This document shows, one piece after another, positions 24,857-39,200 of a stretch of DNA of 64,000 nucleotides (its first letter is position 1; each line of letters starts with the position of its first letter). Below the pieces are notes generated by a model. It did not search any database. It had not been told where the DNA came from and saw nothing but the letters and a program-made list of their open reading frames with translations. The position numbers and the translations under genes were made by a program. Origin of the DNA: Octopus sinensis (taxonomy: Eukaryota); contig NC_043004.1 of the NCBI RefSeq assembly GCF_006345805.1, positions 93,806,001 through 93,870,000 on the forward strand, in the 5' to 3' direction.

Positions 24857-25060
24857 GGTGAGCTGGCAGAATTGTTAGCACGCCGAGCGAAATGCTTAGC
24901 AGTATTTCGTCTGCCGCTACGTTCTGAGTTCAGATTCCACCGAGGTCAACTTTGCCTGTCATCCTTTCGGGGTCGATAAATTAAGTATCTGTAAAACACT
25001 GTAATCGACTTATCCCTTCCTTCAAAATGGCTGCCCTTGTGGCAAAATTGGAAACCATTA
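24857..25060 (+). mobile_element. Family-D SINE between (TTA)n tracts
   Basis: GTGAGCTGGCAGAA..GTTCTGAGTTCAGATTCC..CTTTCGGGGTCGAT. Confidence 0.85.
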
Positions 25061-25073
25061 TTATTATTATTAC

Positions 25074-25112
<39 letters not shown>

Positions 25113-25814
25113 CGCGTGAGAGAGCAGCACATGCCATCTACCCCTCTGATAAGGGTATACCAGGCAAATGGATCACAACCATATGTACGCGACATGCGGA
25201 TCTCATATCAAGATAAACAGCGCATGACCTTGCAGGTGGGGGCCTATAAGAATTTTCTTCTAGTGGAGTAGCCCATCCCACCCAAAAAGTCTCTGTATAA
25301 GGACTGTATAAGAATAATGAATGAAACACCCATGTTTCTAGAGATGAATTTTTCAAACCTCAAAGAATTCCTCTCAACACATGGCTATGATGCCCCCCCC
25401 CACTTCTGCTCATGATCAGAGATGCTCATATCGGCAGCCACAAAGGGACATGCTCAACTGGTTAAGGACAAGCAATTGACAAGCAAATCTGTGGTAATGA
25501 GCAGAATATTTGCTGTAGCCCATCTTTTACACTAAGCCAAAACATGTAACAGATTAACAGAAACAATAAACAGCTCGACAAACTACACTGTGCTATAATT
25601 AACTATGTACTTCCTTCCATCCATACACTTACTCGAACCTAAACCGTGATCAGTTTCGCTTTTAATCCATCCGAGTGATTACACAAGTATCATTGAAGAA
25701 AAGAAAAGAAAAAAAAAACACTAATCTTGATACAATCGCCCAACTCCTTCCCAAAACTATCGTGGTACTTCGCCCAACGTTTAAAGTAATTCTTATTACT
25801 ATTATTATTCTGCC

Positions 25815-26340
25815 GATGTCGACTTTGCCTGTCATCCTTTCAGGGTCGGTAAATTAATTACCGGTGAAACACTAGGATCGATGGAAACGATTAGTCTTCA
25901 CCACCATCACCACCACCAAATTGTGTCTATAGTAGAATCGTTAGTACGCCGGGTAAAATGTTTAGTGGCATTTCATCTGTCTGCATGTTCTGAGTTCAAA
26001 TCCCACCGAGGTCAACCTTGCCTTTCATACATTCGGGATCTATAAGACAGGTAACAGTCGAGCACAGGGGGTGAATATAATCGACTAGCCCCTTCCACAA
26101 AATTTCCGGTCCTGTGTTATACTGAAAAGGTGCCAGGTTCTCAGAGTCGTTAGCACACCGGACAAATTGTTCATCGACATTTAGCCTTTCTTTACGTTCT
26201 GAGTTCAAATTCCGTCGAAGTTGACTTTACTTTTCATCCTTTCGGGATCGAGGAGATAAGTAAGTACACGGGGTCACTGTAATAGACTATCTTATTTCCC
26301 TAACGAATTTCAGGCATTGTGTTCTATAACAGAAATTATC
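25815..26340 (+). mobile_element. Head-to-tail cluster of diverged family-D SINEs
   Basis: Three units with the GTCGACTTTGCC..TCATCCTTTCGGG motif. Confidence 0.75.
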
Positions 26341-26356
26341 ATTATTATTATTATTA

Positions 26357-26395
<39 letters not shown>

Positions 26396-26968
26396 CATTA
26401 TTATGTGGTACGAGGCATTGTGGCCAGAGTAGAAATAATTATTATGATGAGGTAGATGAAAGGAAGAGATAACAGAGCCAGCAGATAGAAAACCAAGACT
26501 AGTGAGTGAGAGAGGTGGTGAATGGAAGAATATGGAGAAGGAAAGGCTAGAAGACGGAAGAGGTGATACGAGAAGAAGAAGAAGAAGAAGAAGAGCCAAT
26601 GAAAGTTGAAAGAAGGAATAACCCTGAGTAGAGACAACAGATGGAAGCGCCAGCGAAACATCGTAGAAAATATCTCACTGCACTTAATAACGCTACATCT
26701 TCCGAGTAAATGCCGCTGCGGTCAACGTAGCTTTTTACACACTCACATTCCTCGCAACCCAAACAAATTATATCGACTTTCCAAGACCTGTTGCTGTTGT
26801 TGGTTTCTTAGCACCTGATCGGTCTTGATTAAACAGAGGAACGTTCAAGTCAAGTCCATCACGTTTTTTTTTTTCTTCTTCAAACATAGTACAACTTTCC
26901 GCATCACTCTGTAGTCTCGACCCATTCCCGCCCGTGAATGCAACGCCATAAACAGTAGGGCACGCGCC

Positions 26969-27080
<112 letters not shown>

Positions 27081-27119
27081 ACACGTGTATATATATATAT
27101 ATATATATACATTCTTTCT

Positions 27120-27334
27120 TCTATTCTTTTACTTGTTTCAGTCATTTGACTGCGACCATGCGGGAGCACCACTTTTAGTCGATCAAATCGACCCCAAGAC
27201 TTATTCTTTTTAAGCCTAGTACTTATTCTATCGGCCTCTTTTCCTGAACCGCTAACTTACGGAGGTGTAAACACACTAACATCGGTTGTCAAGCAATCGT
27301 GGGGAGGACAAACACATGCACACAATTAAATACA

Positions 27335-27394
<60 letters not shown>

Positions 27395-27550
27395 CGACGG
27401 GCTTCTTTCAGTTTCCGTATACCAAGTCCACTCACAAAGCTTTGGTCGGCCCGCGGTTATAGTAGAAAACACTTGCCCAAGTACCACGCAGTGGGATTGA
27501 ACGGGGAACCATACGGCTGGAAGCGAGCTTCCTACCACACACAGCCTCGC

Positions 27551-27552
<2 letters not shown>
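27120..27552 (-). mobile_element. tRNA/CORE-type SINE family C with internal microsatellite
   Basis: CTTGGGCAAGT CORE-like motif, internal (TA)n, 3' GACTGAAACAAGTAAAAGA tail (reverse complement). Confidence 0.85.
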
Positions 27553-27616
<64 letters not shown>

Positions 27617-28067
27617 CAAATTGAGATAGGGGTTGTAAATGCAACCTTCCATGGGATAACATATATCCAATATACTGCTAGTGAAGTACCCAACAAAGTT
27701 AATACATAAATGTTAATGATTGCGATGCAATCAATTCATTTACTGTATTATATGGGCAAAGGTAAAATGATTTACCACAAATTACTAATACAAGATAAGA
27801 AAATGGAGAAATACATCTAAATCAAATATCAATTACCAGATAATACTCAATCACATACTTTATTAAACCACCACATAAGAGACTGTAGGGTTAAATATAA
27901 AAAGCAGAACAAATCAGTGTACATAAAGGAATGTACATAAAAAAGTGTACATAAAAGAGTAATGTTGTATAATAAGTAGAATATATATAAAAGAGAATAT
28001 AAATATAAGTAAATATAAATATAAGTATAGATTACATCTTACAGCTATATATATATATAAATATTAA

Positions 28068-28138
<71 letters not shown>

Positions 28139-28217
28139 GATATTTTCGCGTGAGAATAAAGGCAGTGATAGAAATGTAGAGGAAAAATAAAGAAAAAAGT
28201 TGGAGAAAATGCTATGA

Positions 28218-28253
<36 letters not shown>

Positions 28254-28904
28254 GACATTTTACAATACTGCTATTTTCTACGAGTGTTTATGTACTATAA
28301 ACAGTCTTAACTGTTAAGAGATCCTTAATTACCCTAAGACATCTAAATATTATTACAGCTGGAGCGCAGGCAGCTTGTGAATGATATTGTATGAATTATT
28401 TTGTTTTACTCCTCAACTTACGAGTTCAAATCTTGCCAGGATCGATGGGGAAAAAATACAAATTTCTATATCTCCCACCCAATTGCCTGACCATGAGTCT
28501 AAGATAGAAATCAATATTAGAAAATCACCGGAATAAATGACCGCAATATGAAAATGGCTTCAGCATTTATCAACACGAGTAAAGACTGATAGAATCGGTA
28601 GAACATCGGATAAAACACTTGTTAGAATTATGCCGAAGTCGACATTGTCTTTTAATTTTTCGGGGTCGATAAGATAAATACTGATCAATTACTGGCGTTA
28701 AGATATTGGAATATACTCTCCTTCAAAATGTGTACCCTTAAGTCTAAATTACTATTATTTCAATTAAATTTATTTCTTTTATAGCGACTCAACGAAAAAA
28801 TCTGTTTAGCTCAAGTGCAAGAAAGCAGCTCTTAAAATTCTAAAATGTTTTCGATTGCAATCTACAGATATTTTAAAATACACATATTTCTTTTTTTTGT
28901 TTTT

Positions 28905-29305
28905 TTTCACTTGTTTCAGTCATTTGACTGCGGCCATGCTGGAGCACCGCCTTTAGTCGAGCAGATCGACCCCGGGACTTATTCTTTGTAAGACCAGTAC
29001 TTATTCTATCGGTCTCTTTTTGCCGAACCGCTAAGTTACGGGGACGTAAACACACCAGCATCTGTTGTCAAGCAATGCTAGGGGGGGGGCAAACACAGAC
29101 ACACAAACATATACACACACATACATATATATATATATACATATATACGACAGGATTCTTTCAGTTTCCGTCTACCAAATCCACTCACAAGGCATTGGTC
29201 GGCCCGGGGCTATAGCAGCAGACACTTGCCCAAGACGCCACGCAGTGGGACTGAACCCGGAACCATGTGGTTGGTAAGCAAGCTACTTACCACACAGCCA
29301 CTCCT
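28905..29305 (-). mobile_element. SINE family C
   Basis: Full-length match to 41313, 46873, 60958. Confidence 0.9.
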
Positions 29306-31590
29306 ACATTCTTTATATATTTCAAACTTTCATGAGTAACCAGAAATCTGATCGTAATCCAAACTGTGGTTTCCACCCCAGTAGAGAAGAATTTGTAAAC
29401 TGGTACTCTAGAATAGGGCTTCATAACCAGAGATATGAGACTCGGTCTCTAATATCGTTTTTCTATGAATGAATATGACTGAACCTTGTGATTTTCTTAC
29501 CAGTTCTGTTTCTGGTTATACATATGTAAAATAAAATCAAGCTATTGATATATTTTAAACATACTGATATCTAATAAAACTGGTGATGATGATGATTTCG
29601 ACTGTCTGGTGCAGTGGGTATGGGGATATATTGGACAATTCTTTTAGATTCTAGAATCGAAAAATGTTAAGACTCCTGTTCAAGGGCAAAGAGTAATTGG
29701 TATTTCTTATTTCAAATGAACGGTGGATTTCGCTAAATTCAGATTTCACAGTTCCAACCAGTGATCGTCTCTGAGCCCCAAAAGGATCCTCTTCGTATGC
29801 AGTCACTCGACCTTCTAGAAATAGCCAAATCTCTCTCAAATCTCATCCCATTCTCCAAAACACAATGGATGATGCAGCCCTAGACACACTATGCCAGAAA
29901 AAAAATCATAGAATGGAATATCTTTGATGAAACTGGCTTAGATTAAGCAGCCAAGTTAGCGTCTCAGGCTTCATAAGGAATCAGAAATTCAGAAAGTCCT
30001 CATCGTGGACATAAGCAATTTGTCTTAGCAACGTTTCTCTCACGTATCTATTTCTTGGAATGGTTAGAGAACCCTTCTAAGTGGTCGTTCGATCTGTTAG
30101 ATAAAGCAGCCAAAGCTTCCTCAAATCATCCCTCTCTCGTCGTAAAAAAAGGAAGGACACAGACAAAGTAGTCACAGACGGAGGATGTCTGAATAAAAGA
30201 TGAACTGATCGTGGTTGGAATGCCTTTGTTCGTATATCTACTGAACAGAGCTAATCTAAAGTTAAATGAAAGTATAACCAGCTGCCACACTCAAAAGACG
30301 GTGCCATTTAGTAGCATGTACCATGCTTTCACTAATTGTTTTAGGTGGCCGTGTAGTCACAAACAGACATAGGCATCCACTAAGCTTGCTCGCCACTGAC
30401 CTGCTGGATCATCCCTGAGTGACAGCTGAAGTTAGGGAGGACTGCACCAGCACCTGGCTGGTACTAATTACAGGTGTATTAACTAGAGTAACCTGAAATG
30501 AAGCGTTTAGTTGAGAAACACAGTATATCACCCGGCCCAGGAATTGAATCCACTACCTTATAGATCATGTGCTTTGCACTCAAACCACTAGGCCAGGTAC
30601 CTTCACTGAAGCTAAACAAGCAACAATAACCATCGTTCTATTACAACAAAGCTTTGTTTGGGATATTTTCTGTTTGGTTGGCACTATTCAATTTCTTCAA
30701 TTTTTATTCTAATTGATTTCATATTTCATGTGTTGATATAGTTTTGCATGGTAATCATTGGCATGAAATTCATATCCGCCATAAATCAATAAATAGTAAA
30801 TAGCTTTTAAAGTTTGCAAATTTTGGGTAATCTTAGACAATTGAAAACCACAGATATACAGGTTCCTGTTTCCATAGAAATAAGCTAAGCCACTACCAAG
30901 CTGCTTACCCACGTAATCATTTTTCGCTTATTAAATGCTTAACACACATGAGGTGTAGGGTGGTTGTGAGAGATGCTAAAAATAATAGCTAAATAGGCCT
31001 TAAATCACGCACCAAAATTTTGGAAGGTGGCGGGGTGCATAATCATATGAATTCCCGTGTGTAGAATACAAATTTGCAAAAATTTTCAGAAAATTCCCTA
31101 AACTAAAAAAGTTCTGAGGGGTTATATGGCATGTGTAAAACAGAATCCCGCCAGTATTTCATTTGCTTACAGTTGACAACACGTGCTGTCACGCACAAAA
31201 AAAGCTTCCAAATCCTGCTTTCTGGTTGGCTAAAAATTACCTCTGTAACTTTCTTCAAAAAATATCTGGAAAAAGTAAATCAGCCGCTGATATTCAGGAT
31301 GGAAAATTACATCAATACTCCAAGTTTTAAAATTTTCACAAAAATGTAAAATTTCCACGGGTGCAGCCAAACAGAAAAGCATTATATGTCTGTAATGTAG
31401 CTGCATCTGCTCCAATTAGATTTAATTATTGATAAAGTCCCTAAATGAGACCGTACGCAATATATCATAATAGGTGATCCCACTATGGGTGTATTGAGTT
31501 TGTACACATTTTTACATAGCTTTTTCCTCAAGACTTAATGATGATGCTCATTGAGCGTGTTTCTAAACGTATGTGCAAACATAAAGAGTA

Positions 31591-31928
31591 AAGACTCCCT
31601 TCGGTCAAGAATAACCATGGGATTGCACCTAGAAAGTTCCTCTCCGATGCTCCAGCCCGGGCAAGGTTGTTTTTTAGAAGACCAGTAGTTGCCCATGCAT
31701 ACCAGCGTCCCCTCTCCACGCCACCATTGTTATCCAAGGGAAAGGCAAAGACTAATGCAGCTTGGCACCAGTGACGTCACAACTCATTTCCACAGATGAA
31801 TGAACCGGAGGAACCTGAAATAAAGTATCTTGCTCAAGAAAACAACAAACAGCCCGACCCGAGAATCGAACTCACTGCCTCATGATTGTGAGCCCAACGT
31901 TCTAACCACTGAGCCATGCGCCTTCACA
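31591..31928 (-). mobile_element. SINE family B
   Basis: Reverse complement of the 19809/42472 family. Confidence 0.85.
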
Positions 31929-33283
31929 TGTACAATCATAAGGTTGCAGAAATGCTATATTAGTATGCAGATTGGGTCTGCATCTATATGTCACAGGACT
32001 GATGTACTTGTGTACACAGAATAGTCTGTTAGTGTGTAGACAGCTCGATTAATGTGTCTGAATGTAGATCAGTCGGTCTGTATGTGTGTATGCATGTGTG
32101 TGTTTGTGTGCGCGCGCGAGTGCATATGCGTCTATTTGTATTTGGTGCAAGAGAGAGGGAGAGAGAGACCGTGTTGTTTTTGTATTTGAGTTCGACACTC
32201 TTTTTATACTTATCTAGCATTTACTATTCGTCGTCGCAAGCAAACACAAATTGGTCATAATAGCGTGTGTGGGGTAATGTATGGAGTGTGTATAACCCGT
32301 TGTATGCATGAGTGTGTGAGTGCGCGTGTATGACACGCATATCTATACGTATCTACGCACACACACAGTACAAACCTGACTTTACACTAATTACAGACGA
32401 ATGAAAACAAAAACAAAAAACAAAGTATCGCGAGCAATTAGACTCAGCGGTTTTCTCAATGACTAAATGTTATATCGAGGTCAGCAGGTCATTCATTAAC
32501 TGCCCTGGACACCACCTTAAGTGATAGTAGTTGAGTTTAGAACCTTGAAGCTTAATTGTTCTAGTTTAGTAGCCTTGAGGTCAATAGTTATTAGTATAAC
32601 GACTAACATAAGAAAGCAAATGTTGCGCAGTTATGCCTGACTAATAGTAGTTGCCATCCATTCAACCTATATTATTTTCTACTTCTTAATAGTAACATTC
32701 CTTGCTTAGATATATATTCCAGTCAAGGCTATTACTTGCATTGACCCGAAACTTTTTCCGTGCGCAAAAACGAACTTGTTAATTTAAAGGAGCAGTTTAT
32801 ATCCTTTATTCAGTATGAGTATCTTTTTTAAAGCTTGTTTTGATTTTTTTGGCAGATATCTAATCACATTCCTTGAATTTTCTTCCACTATTAACTCTTT
32901 CAACTTAACAGGTACCGCCTGAAGAAAACTATAATTTCCTCTGCACTGATGATAAGCTTAATCGGTCGGCCAGTTTAAACAACCACCTGGTCGGTCCTTA
33001 GACGTCCTTAGTAGGGTGCAGCGTGTTTTGATCGGCCAGTTAAAAGCACCCACCTAACCCGCGAATATCTCTAACAGAGTCCACTGTGTTTCATGCATTC
33101 GAGACTTAGGAAACCTTACGTTTGTTTCGGAAGTCTTGAAACCGTCATGGACATTATACTTTCACCGCTGAATATTGCTGCCATTAGACCGCTGTCTTGC
33201 TGGGGCACAACCTTGAAGAATGTTAGTCGAACGAATTATTTTTTAAAACCTTGTACTTCATACCAACATCGGTTGTGGGACAC

Positions 33284-33364
<81 letters not shown>

Positions 33365-33518
33365 CATACATACGACTTGCTTCTTTCAGTTTCTGTCTAC
33401 CAAATCCACTCACAAGACTTTGGTTGGCTAGAGGCTATATATTGACAGGAGAGGATTGCTCAAGATACCCCGCAGTAGGATCGAACTCGAAACCATGTTG
33501 GTAGGAAGCAAACTTCTT

Positions 33519-34942
33519 TTATTTCTTTTAAATTGCCATAAAGGCATTACACAGAGGGGGACACTACAACATATGTGGGGACAAATAACAATTAAAAATA
33601 TAAAACTAAGATATGATATAATGAATGACACATGAAAATGAAGATGAAAAACAAATTAAAATATGATAACATGAATATATGAAAATGATATTATGAAGAG
33701 TGTGCTAAGCACCCCACACTGAGTAACACAACTTCGCCACCTCTGGGTCCTAAGTCCTTTTTCTCCTTCAGTTCAATCCTTTTACCCCTTTCTCCATAAC
33801 TTAGTGACATCATTCTCTCCGCCATGCATTCGTAACCTTTTTCACCGGAGGGAGGGGGTCTTCTAAATTTTGTGGTGTCTATTCTTTCTACTACTTTTTT
33901 TCTTGTGGGGAAATGGGGTGGGTGGGTTTGGATTCTGTATGGGGAGGGTGGGTCTTGGGTGGGATAGAGTTGAACTGGGGTACCACATCATACTCAGTGT
34001 TTTTTTCTTTTTTCTCTTTCTCCTTCTGCTCTCTGTAACTTTCCATTCTTCCTCCGTCTCTCTTTTCTTCCTTTTTCTCTTCCGTCTCCACAACTGTATC
34101 TTCAGTCATTGTCCTCTGTAGAGGGCCGTATGCTCTAATGCGGCCCTTTTGGCCACATTTAAAACAACGTGGTACTCTTCCCTCTGCCCACACCCTCAGC
34201 ACGATTTCCCCCAACGTCACTGTCTCTGCCAAGTTCTCCAGTGGACCCTCCTCTGCCTGAATAATGAGTTCAAGAGTCCTTCCTTTCCACCTTCCTTCTT
34301 CCATTTCTGTGGCTTGGAGGACAGCCACCTTCTCCTCGCTTCCAACAAGGACAGCTGCCACTACCCAAGCCACTTCTATATCTGATGGAATTGCTTCTAC
34401 CCTCACCTTGGAAGTCTTTGTTCCAGAGTATGTGGGCAGAAGCAACTTTTCCTCTGATTTCACCGCCACACTCGCCGGCCTCTTCGCTTCCTCTACTGTC
34501 CTAAATTGGACGACCATTGTCCTATATCTTCTTCCTTTGGTTATGTACATTATCTCCTTTGTTCGTTCCCTCAGCGCCTTTTTCACTTCTGCCTCCACCT
34601 GTTCTCCCTTTTTTTCCTTTCATTGAGTACACCTTATAGGTGATCATTTTATTCTCCATCCTCTCCTTAATTCCTTTGGGGAGCGACAACTTCACGTCGC
34701 CGCCCACCTTCTGAGCCATCTTCCCGTACTCCTTGAGACCAGCCAAGTCCAGCTCCCTTCAGCAAAACTCCTTGTCTTCAACACTCCGTCCATCTTTACG
34801 ACCATCCTTACCAGCTCCTCCTCCTCCTCCGACGACGACGACAACTCAGACCCGTTAAGGTCTGAGTACATCTTCTAAGCAATACAAAAAACTACGTCCG
34901 ACTCTTACAAAATCCAGACAGCAAATAACCCGACGCATGCGC
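33519..34942 (-). mobile_element. ~1.4-kb non-autonomous L1/Tx1-like retroelement (ORF1/gag-like remnant + 3'UTR) inserted in a family-C SINE head
   Basis: ORF 33891-34598 with degenerate CCHC knuckle RCFKCGQKGRIRAYGP; AATAAA at the 3' end; 15-bp TSD GGAAGCAAAC(T/G)TCTT (33504-18 / 34943-57); the SINE resumes after it. Confidence 0.7.
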
Positions 34943-35559
34943 GGAAGCAAACGTCTTACTACACAACCACGCTTGCGTCTGCTAATTTAAAACAAAAAGA
35001 GAAAAAAGTAAGCATGATATTGCGTCGTCATCACTTCACCTTCGCCTCGTTTACATTAAAATCTAATTATGTTCGGTATAACATAACTTACCCTATTAAA
35101 TGACCATGGAAAATGTTACCTCCTCGAGTAACAAACGTTATATAAGCTACGGATTTCAGATTTGATAAAATACTAGATAAACTAACCAAAGAGTCACCCA
35201 CTCTGCTCTATACCTCTATCCAAGAAACTAACTCCCGATAGCTTAGAGATTATTAACTTTTGACGTCTCAGTTGTGAAAAGGTGGAATGATTCAATGTTG
35301 TAAAACTGTAACGGTACCAATATGGAACAGGAAAAAAAGAAAAACAAATTCACAAATGTTTCCGCTCTTTACATTGATATGTTCCAGTTACCAAATAGTT
35401 TTGTCCTATGATAAAACGCTGATTTCTTTCAAATTCTATTATCATCATCACTACTATCCATGTCCAAATGTCGATATCAAATGGAATTCTTTATTTAGAG
35501 ACAAATACTCACCAATATATTGGTGAGTGAATATTTGTCAGTAAATAAAGATTGTAGCA

Positions 35560-35730
35560 ATTTCGAGGAAGGGAGTGAGTCGATTACTCAACGGGTACTC
35601 TTATTTTATAAACAGTAAAAGGATGAGAGACAAAGTGAACCTCGGCGGAATTTGAACTCAGAACGTAAAGACGGACGAAATACTGCTAAACATTTTGCCC
35701 GCCGTGCTAACAATCCTGCCAGCTCGCTTC
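35560..35730 (-). mobile_element. Family-D SINE, diverged
   Basis: CTCGGCGGAATTTGAACTCAGAACG..GCCAGCTCGC. Confidence 0.8.
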
Positions 35731-35959
35731 CCTAAACTGTGCTGTATTGACCAACTCAAATAGACCGAAAGGTATTCTGTCATTGTCCCTTGCATACAAA
35801 TAAAAATTGTGCTCTCATTTCTTGAAATCATCTCCATTTGTCTTCGGGAGTCGCAGGAAATTGCTGCTAGATTTTCTTTCTCCAACTCGGAGGAAGTGAG
35901 GAATTTCTATAAATTCCGAATTTATTGCATACGGTATCTAATTATCAAGATTTCTTTAC

Positions 35960-36306
35960 CGATGCAGCCAGTCTTTGAAGCGCCACTCTAGACGCTTTCG
36001 TAGTCAGCCGTCGCCACTGGCCTGTTCTCTGTCATGCGTGGCAGACCCACTGTCTTGTGGCCTGTCCAGTCCTTGATGTCAAACCAGGATTTTCTGTTTC
36101 ACCCTCCCTCAGCTGTACTCTGAAAATGGTTTTAGACAGGGAGTTGTGGCAGGATATCTGATCATACCAGGAAAACTTTCGCCTTCTTACCTGCACCAGG
36201 GGTGGTTCCTGCCTACCAGTGTATTTGTTGACTTACTACCTTACAAAGCTGTTCGCTTCGTGCTCTGTGTACGAGATGTGTAGCAGCCTTCTGAAGCACT
36301 TGTGCA
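35960..36306 (-). pseudogene. RTE-clade LINE ORF 3' remnant
   Basis: Minus peptide KCFRRLLHISYTEH.ANSFV....RRRKFSWY..I..HNSLSKTI with stops. Confidence 0.75.
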
Positions 36307-37019
36307 CCTCCCTTTAAATTATTATCCAAATTCATTCCCTTAGTCTCTTTGAGTTATTTCCCATTGCACTTTTTTAATATTTTTAATTATCTTATTCTTA
36401 ACAGTTAGCTAAATTGGGGCTACATTTCTGTAGAAATTCTCTGTGCTTAGCAGCACCGAAAACTCCAGCAACGAATTTGAAATCACAGCTCCCAATCTGA
36501 TGTATTACCCGATGTATTAGTAATCAGTCAGGCCTTCTAACTGGCAATTAACCTATTAATTCGAAGTGAAACAATTTAAAAATTAGTCACTTTGAACCTA
36601 GATGACTTACACAACTGCTTCTTCTCAATCGTTATCCTGACGGTTGGTAATTAAACTATTTTCTTTTTCCTGAATGATTCAATCTTACAATAGATTTCCA
36701 ACCGTCTACAGCACAACCACAGCAGCACTAATATTATAGAATCGATAAGTTACACATAAAGAATTGAGTGACTCACTTCACTTCTTTAACGTTTCTACAT
36801 TCGCAGCCATAGTCGTTTTTATTTCAGTTCACACTTGAAGATTTGTTAGCTTTATCCCAACTCCACACATTCTTTCACGCTCCTCTCTTTTTTTAAATCT
36901 AAATTTCGTCGTCTATAATTTCTCTTGTTCATAGCAAATCATCCTTCAAATAAATGTTACATCTAGAACCTATTCCGTGTATCAAAATGTTTCTTTTACC
37001 GAAGTGCTTCCCCTGTTAT

Positions 37020-37340
37020 AACTGGCACTCCGTCCATTACAACAACGAGCGTTCCAGTTGATCCGATCGATGGAACAGCCTGCTCGTGAAATTAACGTGC
37101 TACTGGCTGAGCAACCCAGAGAAACGCGAACTTTTAACGAAGTTCTCAGGGAGATTCAGCACAACACAGAATGTGTCACGGCTGATCTTTTGAAATACAG
37201 GTACTACTCATTTTTGGCATCTGAGGGGATTGGAGCAACGTGAAATAAAGCATCTTTCGTAAGGACACAGCGCTCCGCCGGGAATCGAACTCACGATCGT
37301 GAGCCGAATACCCCGACCACTAAGCCACGCACCTTCACGC
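37020..37340 (-). mobile_element. SINE with family-B-like head and tail type 2
   Basis: GGCACTCCGTC..GGAACAGCCTGCTCGTGAAATTAACG at one end; GGGAATCGAACTCACG..CCACTAAGCCACGCACCTTCAC at the other. Confidence 0.75.
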
Positions 37341-37729
37341 GCTTTCCTTATAGAAAAGATATGAAAATGGCAGTAAAATTAATCTACATAGTTTCAGATC
37401 CAGTACCACTGCATAACACCTTAAGTAAATGGTGATCAAAAGCCTTTTAGTGTAATTCAGTACGGCCTGTCGGAAGGATCGCTCTTGTCCTCAGATGGTA
37501 GATTTCATTCATTGTCTGGTTTGATACCACCACATGGCTTGTGGATGGTCTTTAGCAGAGTCCATTCTGAAGCAAACATTCAAACAAAGTCACCGGTCTA
37601 AACATAATTTCTTTCTTTCCTGTCAATAGACTCGGAAGTCTTGAAAAATGTCATGGGCAGTGACATAAAATAAATCGTAGGAAAATCGAATCGATCCTCC
37701 AGAGTTTTTTTTTTTCTGTGTTGATTGCT

Positions 37730-38095
37730 TTTTCTTGTCAGAAGAGTGCTGTCTCTTCATCGAACATTGCACGATCACGTGCACGCAGATGGCTTTTAAG
37801 CCCAACTTTTGTTCTACGGGAATGTACACAGTTATGACATTTGAAGAATACCCATTTGTTTTTCTTTTCACTACGAATGTATCATTGTGCGTATGACAGT
37901 ACAACCATCTCACAAGCAACTCGATTTCTCCCTGGCTCACTTGGCTTTAGATAGCTAGGAAACCCGCCCCTTGAGAAAGCAAATCGTCCACACATATTGC
38001 AACTGAATTCCTGCTGCGTTTGTGCAAACACTGCATTTGGGTCCCACTTACAGAGCGAACGCTTCAAAGCAGCATGCTCTACTCGCTTTTGTTCA
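37730..38095 (-). pseudogene. RTE-like LINE 3' end with degenerate C2H2-like zinc fingers
   Basis: FSCNMCGRFAFSRGG and (frameshifted) FKCHNC..S.RTKVGLKSHLR. Confidence 0.45.
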
Positions 38096-38194
38096 AAGAT
38101 GCCCACAACTGTACTTGATAGTTTTACCCCCCCCCTCCCCATCACACACACACACACACTATTTGTATATAGTCGTGGACAGGTTATTCAGTGA

Positions 38195-38232
<38 letters not shown>

Positions 38233-38324
38233 TAATAATAATAATAATAATAATAATATTAATAATAATAATAACATCGAAAAAATACCTTAGGAATAAG
38301 AACTCAGGTTCGATATTTCCCCAG

Positions 38325-38370
38325 GACACCTGATGAAGGCTGGAGGGTATATCAGCCGAAACGTTGTGTT
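38325..38370 (+). ncRNA. Minimal type-I hammerhead ribozyme (canonical core, loop-less stem III)
   Basis: gacac-CTGATGA-a-ggctg(gagggtatat)cagcc-GAAA-cg-TT-gtgtt; follows a (TAA)n tract. Confidence 0.8.
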
Positions 38371-38611
38371 AACAACAAACAAGACGAGGACAAATGTCCG
38401 TCATATGTAAATAATGTAAATAACCTAACAGTTCTGTCAATAAACTGTCATATTCATACGCACGCTCGCGGACGCACACACACATGCACCTCACAAACAC
38501 ACAAACATATATACACTACAAAATACACGCACACAAGCACGACACACTGTTTATATGTTCGTAAACAAAATTGGAGATAAATAAACGACAACGAAACAAT
38601 TGTATGTGCGT

Positions 38612-38655
<44 letters not shown>

Positions 38656-38759
38656 ACGCGTAACTGAATGCATAAGTGTGTGCGTATATGTGAGTTTAGT
38701 ATATACATGTAAACACTTGTACGCACAATCATGTATAAAATGACAAAAGTACAACAGGT

Positions 38760-38830
38760 TTACCTATATATGTTCGTGTATATATGTATATATATTATAT
38801 ATATATATATATTATATATATATCTGTATG

Positions 38831-38883
<53 letters not shown>

Positions 38884-38954
38884 ATATATATGTACATATA
38901 TGTATGTATATATATGTATATATGTATGTATATATATATGTATGTATATGTATG

Positions 38955-38985
<31 letters not shown>

Positions 38986-39200
38986 TATGTATATATATAT
39001 ATGTATATATATGTATATATATATATACGTATGTATATATATGTATGTATATATATATGTATATATATATGTACGTATATATGTATGTATATATATATAT
39101 ACACACACATACATACATATTTATCAACATACATGTGTCTGTGTATATACAAATATAGATGTATTAATAAACACACACAAACACACGTGTGTGTGTGTGT
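38760..39200. repeat. (TA/TATG)n microsatellite
   Basis: Directly visible. Confidence 0.9.

Noticed and set aside
25110-25560. Non-repetitive-looking block after (TTA)n, possible exon
   Set aside because: No sustained ORF or splice signals; more likely an unclassified retroelement UTR.
30709-30912. 67-aa minus-strand ORF in unique sequence
   Set aside because: No recognisable motif or splice sites; length expected by chance.
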